From NCBI GenBank assembly GCA_010093745.1, contig MU005968.1, forward strand, positions 62,001-126,000: DNA of 64,000 nt, in the 5' to 3' direction. The position numbers and the translations under genes were made by a program. This document shows positions 43,373 through 52,715 of the stretch, in pieces. This DNA is from Piedraia hortae CBS 480.64 (lineage: Eukaryota). The notes under the pieces are model-generated. The model was not told the DNA's origin, searched no databases, and saw only the letters and a list, made by a program, of their open reading frames with translations. Positions within the stretch are counted from its first letter, which is position 1. Each line of letters begins with the position of its first letter.

Positions 43373-44941
43373 TTACGAGGAGTCATCACACAACACAGAG
43401 CCCTCCTCATCCTCATCCTTCCGCTTCTTACTCAAATAACCCTTCTTCTTATTCTCCACTTTCCTCTCATAACCCGACTTCGTACTAATCCTCTTATTCC
43501 TTCCCTCTAACCCATGCTTTTTCAACTTCTCTTTAGTCCTTTTATCCGGCTTCGGCAAAGCTTTCAGCCACTCCTCTTTACCCGCAATCTGAACCAACGG
43601 CTTCAGGACATCCAAATCTTCCTTTGCGCAGAGGGTAATTGCGACGCCTGACCGACCAGCCCTTCCAGTACGACCGACGCGGTGCACGTACGCTGCTCCA
43701 CTAGTGGGGATGTCGTAGTTGACAACGGCGTTGACTCCGCGAAAGTCCATGCCCCGTGCCAGGATATCAGTTGTGATGAGGACCCAGATCTCAGCGGCCC
43801 GGAAGCGTTTCATGACGTCTTCGCGCGCGGTAGAGGAGAGCTCGGCATGTAGAACAGCCAGTCTACGCGATCCGCCGGCTTCAGGGGGAATGTCGTAGCG
43901 GAGCTCGGAGTGTAAAGCTGCGGCTCGTTCAATAGTTTGGGTGAATACGAGATAGGGCAGGGGCGGGAGGGAATTTGTTTGACCGAGGGGGTGGAGTAGT
44001 TGACGAAGGCCCATTAGTTTACCTCGTTCTGTAGCCGCGTAAATTAAACGATGCTCTACATTGGCGACTGCTGAGCCCTTAATACCAACGACTAGCCGCA
44101 TCACGGGCTGGTCGAGCTTCGTCTGCACGAGCTCCTCGATGTTGCTGCCCATTGTTGCCGACCACAGACTCACTTGGATTGAGGAAGGCAGTCGATTCCA
44201 GATGGCGACTGTTTGATCTCGGAACAGACGATCTAGTAAAATGTCACCTTCATCGAGAACAAGATGCTCGACGGTAGAGAGAGTGATGTTATCATTCTGC
44301 TCCAACATACTCCACAGAATACCGGGAGTGCTTATTAGGATGTGGGATTTTACTGTGGCGCCTTCCTCACCCGGGAGCTTCATGCCTTTGCGCACTTGAG
44401 AGATGCGCACGGATGTCCCCGCTGCCCATCTTTGGCTTTCGTTTACAATTTGTCCCACAAGTTCTTTGGTTGGGGCAAGGACAACTGCCTTTGTGGTGGG
44501 TGTGAGTTGGCTGTGGGAGAGTTGGTGTATTAGCGGCAACATGAATGCAAGAGTCTTTCCACTTCCGGTTGGAGCAACGGTCAGCAGATTTCTAGTCGGG
44601 TGTTTTAGAAGTAGCGGAAGGGCGACCATTTGGACGTCTGACGGTTGGCTGAAGCCCTGATCTTCCACGTTTGAAACCAATTTTCTGGCGATTCCATGGT
44701 CGCGCAGTTCACCAAACGTCCGTAGAGGCGTAGGATATTCCAGTTCCTTTTTTCCTGCATTCAGCCATTTGACTTTGATCTTGTGCTCTCGAAGCAGCTT
44801 CTTGGTTTCGTCGGGGGAGAGCGGCGGCAACTGGGGAGCCGCCGAAGTCTTTTGTCTTTTTTTCTCCGTCGCCTGCGGTTCTTGATTATCGCGCGGGCGC
44901 TTGAGGTTAGACGTGCGTGAGAGCAGCTTGAAGGGGTCCAT
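43373..44941 (-). CDS. ROK1: DEAD-box RNA helicase ROK1/DDX52
   Basis: MDPFKLLSR start, Q-motif GF..PS.VQ, APTGSGKT, PTKEL, motif II DEGD, SAT, ATE.GKL.GLRQL, ELRYDIP.EAGGS.R, ARGMDF, HRVGRTGRAGR. Confidence 0.92.
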   Translation of the reverse strand: MDPFKLLSRTSNLKRPRDNQEPQATEKKRQKTSAAPQLPPLSPDETKKLLREHKIKVKWLNAGKKELEYPTPLRTFGELRDHGIARKLVSNVEDQGFSQPSDVQMVALPLLLKHPTRNLLTVAPTGSGKTLAFMLPLIHQLSHSQLTPTTKAVVLAPTKELVGQIVNESQRWAAGTSVRISQVRKGMKLPGEEGATVKSHILISTPGILWSMLEQNDNITLSTVEHLVLDEGDILLDRLFRDQTVAIWNRLPSSIQVSLWSATMGSNIEELVQTKLDQPVMRLVVGIKGSAVANVEHRLIYAATERGKLMGLRQLLHPLGQTNSLPPLPYLVFTQTIERAAALHSELRYDIPPEAGGSRRLAVLHAELSSTAREDVMKRFRAAEIWVLITTDILARGMDFRGVNAVVNYDIPTSGAAYVHRVGRTGRAGRSGVAITLCAKEDLDVLKPLVQIAGKEEWLKALPKPDKRTKEKLKKHGLEGRNKRISTKSGYERKVENKKKGYLSKKRKDEDEEGSVLCDDSS

Positions 44942-45088
44942 AATCAACTATCAGAATGCCCTGGTCGACTGCACTGTCTGTGGAAGCGGTGACGTCGGAG
45001 AATTCCGGGCGCGTTCTAACCCTAACTGACCTCCGCCGCTGGACCGCGCCGACACCCCCGACCTCGTCGACCTTCTTCATATCTCACA

Positions 45089-45785
45089 ATGCGCGCCAAA
45101 GCCCTCCTCCTTCGGCAGTCTCGTCTAGCTTTCCAGCGTCGCGGCCAGTCTACGACAGGGGATGCCGCCGCCAAAGCCCGGGAAGGCGCCTCTGACATGG
45201 CGGGAAAGGCCCAGCAGGGTCTCTCGCGCGTCACCAGCTCGGCTGGCAGCGTATTGAGCAACTCTGCCTCCACTGTCAGCAAGACTCTGTCGAGCGTGGG
45301 TGGCCGCACAGGCCAAATTATCCAGCTGGTACAGCGTAAGGGAATCCATGGATATCGACGAAAAATGGCTGATCCGCACAGGCATGATTCCTCCTACGAC
45401 CTACTACATGCGCGTGCTTGGCGAGCTTTTCAAGTTGACATTCCAGGCAAGGAATATGGCCCCACCGTAGGTTATCATCGGCAGCATTTTGGCTTAGCTA
45501 ACAGACGCAAGAACGATGCAAACAATCGAGCGATACATGGGTAGTATGCGTAATTCGCTGCGCAACCCCTCCAGCTTGATGCAACAGGCAACGCGAACGG
45601 CCGAATCGACGGGAAAGGAGGCGGTAAACAACCCACAGTCGCTCATGTCTCGCGTGCGCAACATGGACTCGGCAACCATGACCAGTATGGCCGTTGTCGC
45701 TGCTGAACTACTTGGCTTCTTTTCCGTTGGCGAGATGATTGGTCGGTTCAAAATTGTCGGTTACCGGGGCGAAACCCACCACTAG
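45089..45785 (+). CDS. ATP20: Mitochondrial ATP synthase subunit g; exons 45089-45335, 45382-45466, 45512-45785
   Basis: Presequence-like N-terminus. Splicing gives MIPPTTYYMRVLGELFKLTF..RNMAPP, and the C-terminus has the signature ELLGFFSVGEMIGRFKIVGY. Confidence 0.92.
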
Positions 45786-45978
45786 ATGTGTTATAGCAGC
45801 CCATGTACTAGAACGGCTTCAACTGTACCTTTGCCATCGAGCTTATTAGTTTCACCCTGCGTAATCTTTTGATCTAATGTCTGAGTGATCTCCAACGAAA
45901 CAAGGATTGTTTATGCGAAAATTTGACAGCAGTAAGGTCAGTATAATTACTTTCAATGTATCTCTCTTAACATGAAAT

Positions 45979-46075
45979 GGTCGGTTAGCTCAGTTGGTTA
46001 GAGCGTGGTGCTAATAGAATTCCAACCAAGATTCTTGCAACGCCAAGGTCGTGGGTTCGACCCCCATACTGACCA
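45979..46075 (+). tRNA. tRNA-Ile (AAT) with 23-nt intron 46017-46039
   Basis: GGTCGGT/ACTGACC acceptor stem, TAGCTCAGTTGGTTAGAGC D-arm, CT-AAT-A anticodon loop, GGTTCGACCC T-arm, downstream T-runs. Confidence 0.93.
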
Positions 46076-47275
46076 AAATGATCTTTCTTTTTGCCATTAG
46101 ATTCTCTTTTTTAAAAATATCTTGGATGCTGCGTACTAACCATACTAAGTCCTTTTGGGAGGAACTAACCGTCAATCTGACAGACCATCAATTCCGAGAA
46201 TCAGCCGGGACGGGAAGAACTTCTCTATGCATTTACGTCTCCCACAATCAATGTTACACTCTACAAGTCAACCCGGAAATCCACTACGCTTTACAACAAT
46301 GCAAACTGCGACATGATGCCTTGCAGCTGTGGCTCATTTCTAGGTGCATGTCAATCGACCTGCAGCGTGGGGGTTCATGTTGTGGCATCCCATTGAGGCA
46401 ATCTCAACACCGGTATTTCGAGCAGCATCTAATGGCGAGAACTTGGTTGAATGCCTGCATATACTGGCTGCCATCAAAATCTGCACAGGAGGATCAGCCC
46501 TGAGCAACTAACATTTTCGGAGCAATGAGGGTCTTCGGCATTCGAATGAACTGAGAGTACCGTATGATCGGTTAACGGGCGTTCGGAGAATGGTCAGCCG
46601 ACATGTAGTTCACCCCACTTAGCCGAATTCTTGGTTAAATCTCCCCTTTCATGCCAGTGGAGGAGGTCATAACTTGGAGTAGACACGAGCAATCTTGGTC
46701 GACAGGCCCTGAATGACATACGGGAGTTACCGACTCTGATCATGGCGCCACTCTGCACTGCCACATCGTTCGCTATAGCATCCCTGCCGAACTATTGTCG
46801 GCGTGGAGTCTAACCTTATTCTTTCCATTTTAGCAAACTCCAGACGACGTTGCTCAACCTCTGTGTGGAAGACTCGACAGATTAAATCTTGATGTGTGGC
46901 GTTTTACTTCTTCTATGCCTAATACTGGAAAAGCAGCATCGGAGCTTTTTTTCTACAGGTTCATACCGACATTCCGATGGTAAAATCTCAAAGCTCCAAC
47001 TTGGTTTCTTCGCAGTCTCCTTGTACCTGACTTTATCAATGCCAAGCGGAGATCTAGGTGGCGTTCGTCTTACGCCACATTCGTACTCTAGCTGTCAGGC
47101 TCGTTGGTACCTGTTCAGCTTCAACGACTGACAAACTTCAATAGTAACGGTGGTGCATCCACCTGCGCCTGCTAAAAAATGGGCCTCGGATGCAGACATC
47201 ATAATGTCCGCGAGGCAATGCATTTGTTGATTCATATACTTCTCTCATGATGCCTAACTCCCACCCTCAAACAGC

Positions 47276-48704
47276 ATGATTCCATGGCTGGCCCTGGCTT
47301 CTTTCATTTGGTAAGATATCTCTACAAGGCAGGGTGTGGTATTCATATCCCTCAGGCTTTTCAGGTACCTGCGGTTAATAATAAATTGCCTTTCTCATTG
47401 GACATATCGATCGACACCACCCCTGGAGAAGTCTTCCTATAATGCTCACGATGTGACGATAATAATGCCAACTATTTCCTTCGATTTGGAGCAGATTCAA
47501 AGAACTATTCGATCTTGTCTGGCGGCAGCTCAGTGCGAAATCATTCTTGTCGGAGTTGATGCCAACGTTGCCTTCCTAACCGGAATCGCCCAAGCAATTG
47601 GCCCAAAAGTTCGTGTCCTCTGCACACACGAGGCTAACAAACGAGGTCAAATTTGCCACGCTATACCTCAAGTCCAAACACCAATCACAATCTTTGTCGA
47701 CGATGATGTTATCTGGCCGAACACGATTATGCCATGGCTGCTTGCTCCGTTCCATGACGAGCAGGTTGGCGGGGTCGGAACCTCGCAGCGTCTAGTCCGT
47801 TCAACCAGACAAAGTGTCTGGTTCTTCCTCGGCGCTGCCTACCTCGAGCGCCGCAACTTTGATTGCTCAGCCTGTCTGCACATTGACGGCGGACTCCCAT
47901 GTCTATCAGGACGAACAGTCGCCTATCGCAGCGAGATTCTCCAAGATCCAGCTTTTACCTATCACTTCACGCACGAGGAGTGGCGGACTTGCCAGTTAAA
48001 CACCGATGACGACAACTTCCTCACTAGATGGCTGTTCAACCATGATTGGAAAATTGCCATGCAGTACCATGCCGAGGCAGAGGTTCAAACGACTTTGGCG
48101 GAAGGCCCACTCTACCTCACGCAATGCCTGCGTTGGGTGCGAAGCAACTGGCGAAGTAATTTGACTAGTCTCATTGTCGAGAGAAGGTGCTGGCGCACGC
48201 ATCCTTGGACCACATATGCCGTTCTACAAACTACCCTTACCGCATGGGCCTTGCCTTACGATTTGCTAATCGCTTGGGCGTGGTATCGCGCTATGGGAGC
48301 AATGTCCCTTTACGATGCGAAGATTGTTCTGTTGGTTCTATGGTTCGCATTCAGCAAGACCGTGAAGCTATGGGGCCACTTCTATCGCTATCCGTCAGAT
48401 ATCATCTTCGTGCCCGTTTACATTCTATTTGGGTACTTTCACGGCGTCATCAAGTTCTATGGACTGCTTACCTTGAGTGAAGTTAGTTCGATCCTGATCG
48501 CCGTAAGACTATGCTAACGTATGATAGACGAAGTGGGGCAGTCGTGCCGAAGCAGACACGGACGACAACGTCCGTATGATCAGACTCCCGTCGTATCAGG
48601 AGCAAGACGATAGTCACAATCACCGAGACTTTGCCATGTTGGAAGACGAAGAGACGAAGGTGTCTAGTGAGGAGCTGCCTCCTTACCCGACCATGAGCTT
48701 GTGA
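47276..48704 (+). CDS. GT2 membrane glycosyltransferase (Cps1 / hyaluronan-synthase-like); exons 47276-47310, 47356-48481, 48528-48704
   Basis: W.LFRYLR, DVTIIMPT, ANKR.Q, FVDDDV (DxD), CLSGRT..YR, DDDNFLTRW, QCLRW (QxxRW) and a spliced TKWGSR; 45- and 46-nt introns. Confidence 0.9.
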
Positions 48705-49037
48705 GTAATGATAATGAGAGTGAGAAGTGGGATTCTCTCCAGCAATTGACTGCTCGTGTATTCTAGTTATCATGACGCTTAATGAATAGATTATGACTTT
48801 CACGGCCAAAGTCGGGCATGAGATGACTGGTGCCTCTTCATTAGTGGAAAGAATCTCTTATTCACTGACTAACATTAGGCATAACAGCTTATGCTCCTGC
48901 CTCGAGCTCCTTCTCTTGGATAATAACCGCTCTCCTCTCGCAAAGAAATCCTTATCCTTACCCGCACCTTTACCCACAATTTTTACCATCTCACTCTATC
49001 ATCCATTGTTTACAGTCTTCAGTACAGCAAGCTCATC

Positions 49038-51407
49038 ATGCCTCGCAAGCGTGGAAAGCCCAGCCGTGGTCCAAGGTTCCCGATTGAATCGTCCGATGAG
49101 GAGGAAGGCCCGCCGAATACCCGTCATGGAGCCTTTCATAGAATTGAAGACAGTGATCCTTCTAATAGTCAGGGCAGCCCTTCCAATACACATGGCAATC
49201 CTGCAACTATTCAAGACAACCCTTCAACTACTCAAGGCAACACTTCCAACCCCCATGGAACGAGTCCCTCCACTGAAGGCGACCTCTCCATTACTGAAGA
49301 AAACACCACCTCCAGTCCTCCACAACCCCGCTCCCGTAACCCCCTCCGAAGAATTCGCCCCTCGCCTTTGCTAAGAGAAGGCCCCTTGATCACCCAACAA
49401 GCCAACAACTCTCCCAATCGCACTATATCAACCACAGTCGAAGTCACAACTCAACCCACCCAAGCCCAGCCAAAGGAGACGTCTACCCGCCGCTCAAAAT
49501 TCGCTGCAGCCGCGATGCGAGTCTTTCACCGCCACTTTGAGCCTTCTGCGGAAGAGGGACGCAAAGTACGCTCCCACTCTGAACCCCCGCTACGCGAGCG
49601 AGGAAGACTCTTTAAGCGTTCGATTGCGGGCTTGAAGTGTGATGGTAAAGAAGAAAATAAGGGTGATTATCAAGGTGGTGATAAGAGTTATGATAAGGGT
49701 GGTGAAGATGAGAAGGTTGATGAAGAAGGGTATGAGGGTGATAAGAGCAATTATGCGAGCCTTTCTCCGCGCATCCCGCACCTACGCCTTCCTCCTCCTC
49801 CTCCTCCTCCTCCCGCCCAATCACCTCCGCCGCATATCCCCCCGCTTCGCTTCCCTCCCCTCGGGCCATCTCCGCCTCCCCCTCCTCGAACTTCTTTTAG
49901 GGGGTATGGCTTGTTTGGCTCATGGGAACAGGGAGTGGTTGCGACGCCGTATGAGGCTATGACTATTGGAAGGGAGCCGAGGATTGGTCCTGCTGGGAAT
50001 CAAGTTGATGTTAATTCACCAGCTAGGGGTTCTGGAGCTGGGGACGCAATGGGTGGGGATCAGCCGGCTGGGAATCAACCGACTGTCTACTCGCCGAGCA
50101 GGGGTTCTGGAGCCGGAAATCCACAGACTTGGAATCAATCAATCGTCTATATACCCACCTGGAGTTCCGAAGTCGGGAATTCACAGGCAGGGAACCAACT
50201 GGCTGTCTATACTCCTTCTAGAGGTTCTGAAGCCGGTCAATCACAGGCCGTTGCTCGAGCATCCAGCAATCAACCGGCTGCCCATACACCCACCATAGGT
50301 TCTGGGGCCAGGCATCCATCATCCAGCAGCGAGCCCCTCTCCCCCTCCCCTCCCCTCGGCCCTGGCGCCAGCCATATCCATCCCGTTGCTCCAACACCCT
50401 CCGTTCCCTCTCACCTCATGGGTTCAAGCACCACCCCCTCCCAACCCCCTCTTCCAGGCGCAGGCTATCCCTACTCAACCCCCCGCTCCCCCACCCTCCC
50501 CCGTGGTTCCGGTTCAGGCAACCAAGCCCTCATCCACCCTACTATCACGTACTCCTCTTTTGTCAACCCAAATAGAGTCTCGAACCCGCCCGTGAGGAAT
50601 CCTCCTCTGAGATGGCCCCCTTCAGAGTCAAGACAAAATTCGACGGCCATGGAGTATCCGGTATTTTATAATTCGGGGATTAGAAGGGAGAGTTTGGGCT
50701 CTGTTTTTTATGCGACGAGCGAATCTGGGGAAGGGGATGTGGGGACTGGGGAGGGAACTTGGGGGAGGAGGCAGCAGCAGAGAACTGGGGATATTCAACG
50801 GCAGGAGAGAGATGCAGGAACTGGACAGCCTACAGGGACTCAGTGTTATGTTGTGCGGACTACGGAGGAGCCTCCCATGGTTCGAATTCTGTGGGATCAG
50901 TTTGAGTGGATTCTCAGGGTCGAGGATTCAGTGCGGGGTGTGAAGCAGTTACAGACGGCTGTTGACCCGATTGATGGGGAGACTCAAGGTCAAGGTGATG
51001 CTACCGCGGAAGGTCAGGGTCCAGACGATGTTGCCGCTGCGGAAAGTACGGAGCAGCAAATGCCGTATCAGGGACCACAGGATGAGGATGGCGTGCCGAT
51101 GACTTGGGCTCAAGTTCAGATGGAGTATCAAATTGCGGTTTTGGAAAGGCGTTGGAGAGCTTGGATGATTCGACATGATAATGACATGATTGAGAGAGAG
51201 TGGAGGTTGAGGGCGGCTCGGGCTAGACTGGAGAATGAGGAGAGGGAGAGACGATTGTGGGGGATGGAACAGGGGTGGAAACAGGAGGGGGAAAGAGAGG
51301 CGAGAACTAGGGAAGATGAAAAGAAAAGAAGAAATTGGGAAGACGAGGAGGAAGGGGGTGGAAGAAGTGAGGCAGATGAAGAAGAGAATGTGAGTGGTTG
51401 GCAATAA
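49038..51407 (+). CDS. Hypothetical low-complexity Pro/Ser/Gly-rich protein with internal repeats and a charged coiled-coil tail (789 aa)
   Basis: Long uninterrupted ATG-initiated ORF. No family recognised. Confidence 0.7.
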   Translation: MPRKRGKPSRGPRFPIESSDEEEGPPNTRHGAFHRIEDSDPSNSQGSPSNTHGNPATIQDNPSTTQGNTSNPHGTSPSTEGDLSITEENTTSSPPQPRSRNPLRRIRPSPLLREGPLITQQANNSPNRTISTTVEVTTQPTQAQPKETSTRRSKFAAAAMRVFHRHFEPSAEEGRKVRSHSEPPLRERGRLFKRSIAGLKCDGKEENKGDYQGGDKSYDKGGEDEKVDEEGYEGDKSNYASLSPRIPHLRLPPPPPPPPAQSPPPHIPPLRFPPLGPSPPPPPRTSFRGYGLFGSWEQGVVATPYEAMTIGREPRIGPAGNQVDVNSPARGSGAGDAMGGDQPAGNQPTVYSPSRGSGAGNPQTWNQSIVYIPTWSSEVGNSQAGNQLAVYTPSRGSEAGQSQAVARASSNQPAAHTPTIGSGARHPSSSSEPLSPSPPLGPGASHIHPVAPTPSVPSHLMGSSTTPSQPPLPGAGYPYSTPRSPTLPRGSGSGNQALIHPTITYSSFVNPNRVSNPPVRNPPLRWPPSESRQNSTAMEYPVFYNSGIRRESLGSVFYATSESGEGDVGTGEGTWGRRQQQRTGDIQRQERDAGTGQPTGTQCYVVRTTEEPPMVRILWDQFEWILRVEDSVRGVKQLQTAVDPIDGETQGQGDATAEGQGPDDVAAAESTEQQMPYQGPQDEDGVPMTWAQVQMEYQIAVLERRWRAWMIRHDNDMIEREWRLRAARARLENEERERRLWGMEQGWKQEGEREARTREDEKKRRNWEDEEEGGGRSEADEEENVSGWQ
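49990..50310 (+). repeat. Five degenerate in-frame tandem repeats (~21-26 aa; core GNQxxVYxPxRGSxAG)
   Basis: GNQVDVNSPARGSGAG, GNQPTVYSPSRGSGAG, WNQSIVYIPTWSSEVG, GNQLAVYTPSRGSEAG, SNQPAAHTPTIGSGAR. Confidence 0.8.
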
Positions 51408-51653
51408 GACTTGGAAGTCGTTAGCGTTCGGGAGGGACTTGATGATTTTGTATTTTGGACTGCTTTGGCAAGATTAGATGTGGAAGATATCGAGGTCCCT
51501 GATTGTTGATGTTCCGAAGTTTTTATGCCACAGTATTCAATCCTTGGGAGACATCCTATAATTGTGCAAGACGCTGAGAACAGTTGGAGTGAAGTAGGAC
51601 GCATCTTCCTGCCAATATTGCATGAATGCAAAATACTTTTATGTCCTCGTTGC

Positions 51654-52715
51654 CTACCTCGATAACGCACAAATGGTTTCGGGCCCTTCATACCATCCCC
51701 CACATTGCAGACTCCACTCGGTAGAATCCCACTCGTCTAAACGGGTTGGAAGCTTGAGATCAAGGTCCCCCAATCTCACCTCAATGTCCTTGGGTCCAGT
51801 CTCTGGAAGGAGTATGTACAACGTGCAGTCACGCAGCGTCATGGCCTTGCATAGATTCTGTGTCTTCTCCTCCCTTTCCATCTGTCCGAGAGAACCCCTT
51901 GTTATACCTAAAATGCCGTCCTTGTCGTAAACGCCCTGCCAATGAGCTAGCTTGTTAATCAAGTGTTGCGCTGAATGAACAGTGGCATTTTGCAAGTCTT
52001 TATCCGGTGTAAGAGCCTCTGCAGCACGAAGTCTCTCAGAGAGGTCCTTGCTGACGAGAGATAGAGGACAAAATTGCCCTTTTCCGGGTCGACCGTGGAA
52101 GTTCTCGCGCAAGGCTCTCAATGCGCATGTCCTACATCTGTTGGCATTTGCTGGCGCGTCAGGAGACTGTTGCAGCCATTTAGGTTTGAAATTAACCCAT
52201 TTTCCCCCTGGCGGAGTGAGGTTGGGCATTATTAATGCTTGTTTCTCTTCATCATCGATCATTACGTCCCTCCCCATTTGCTTCCCATGGCCCTTTTGTA
52301 AGTGAACACCGCCAATGGCACGCTTTTTCTCTCTGCCGGCGACTAGGGCGCGGTTGAGTACGCTACAAGCACCACTTCCCAGAGTTATAAGCCTGCAGTT
52401 GACAACTTCTGCGGGAGTGAAGATGTCTCCAAAATGTTCTTCAAAAGCGGAGAGGAATGATTCTGCATAGAGGGCGTGGGGTACAGACTTGCGGACACGG
52501 AGGAGTAAGTTCTCGAGGTTATTCGTTATGTAGCCCCTGTCAGGAAGGACCGCATTGCTTGCTGAGGCTGTTCCATGGCGATCCGATACTTTGAAGGCAA
52601 AAACAGCATTAGCACCCCCTTCATTAAGAAACTCGATATCGACCTGAACCCCCTCTGCCGTGGATGCGGTGCTAAGAAGATATTTGTCCTGGGAGGTGGA
52701 GAAGTACAACGCCAT
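51654..52715 (-). CDS. IPK1: Inositol-pentakisphosphate 2-kinase
   Basis: EGGANAVF, LLRVRK, FKPKWL.QSP, CRTCA, FCPLSL, AMTLRDCT, DLDLK motifs. Confidence 0.9.
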   Translation of the reverse strand: MALYFSTSQDKYLLSTASTAEGVQVDIEFLNEGGANAVFAFKVSDRHGTASASNAVLPDRGYITNNLENLLLRVRKSVPHALYAESFLSAFEEHFGDIFTPAEVVNCRLITLGSGACSVLNRALVAGREKKRAIGGVHLQKGHGKQMGRDVMIDDEEKQALIMPNLTPPGGKWVNFKPKWLQQSPDAPANANRCRTCALRALRENFHGRPGKGQFCPLSLVSKDLSERLRAAEALTPDKDLQNATVHSAQHLINKLAHWQGVYDKDGILGITRGSLGQMEREEKTQNLCKAMTLRDCTLYILLPETGPKDIEVRLGDLDLKLPTRLDEWDSTEWSLQCGGWYEGPETICALSR

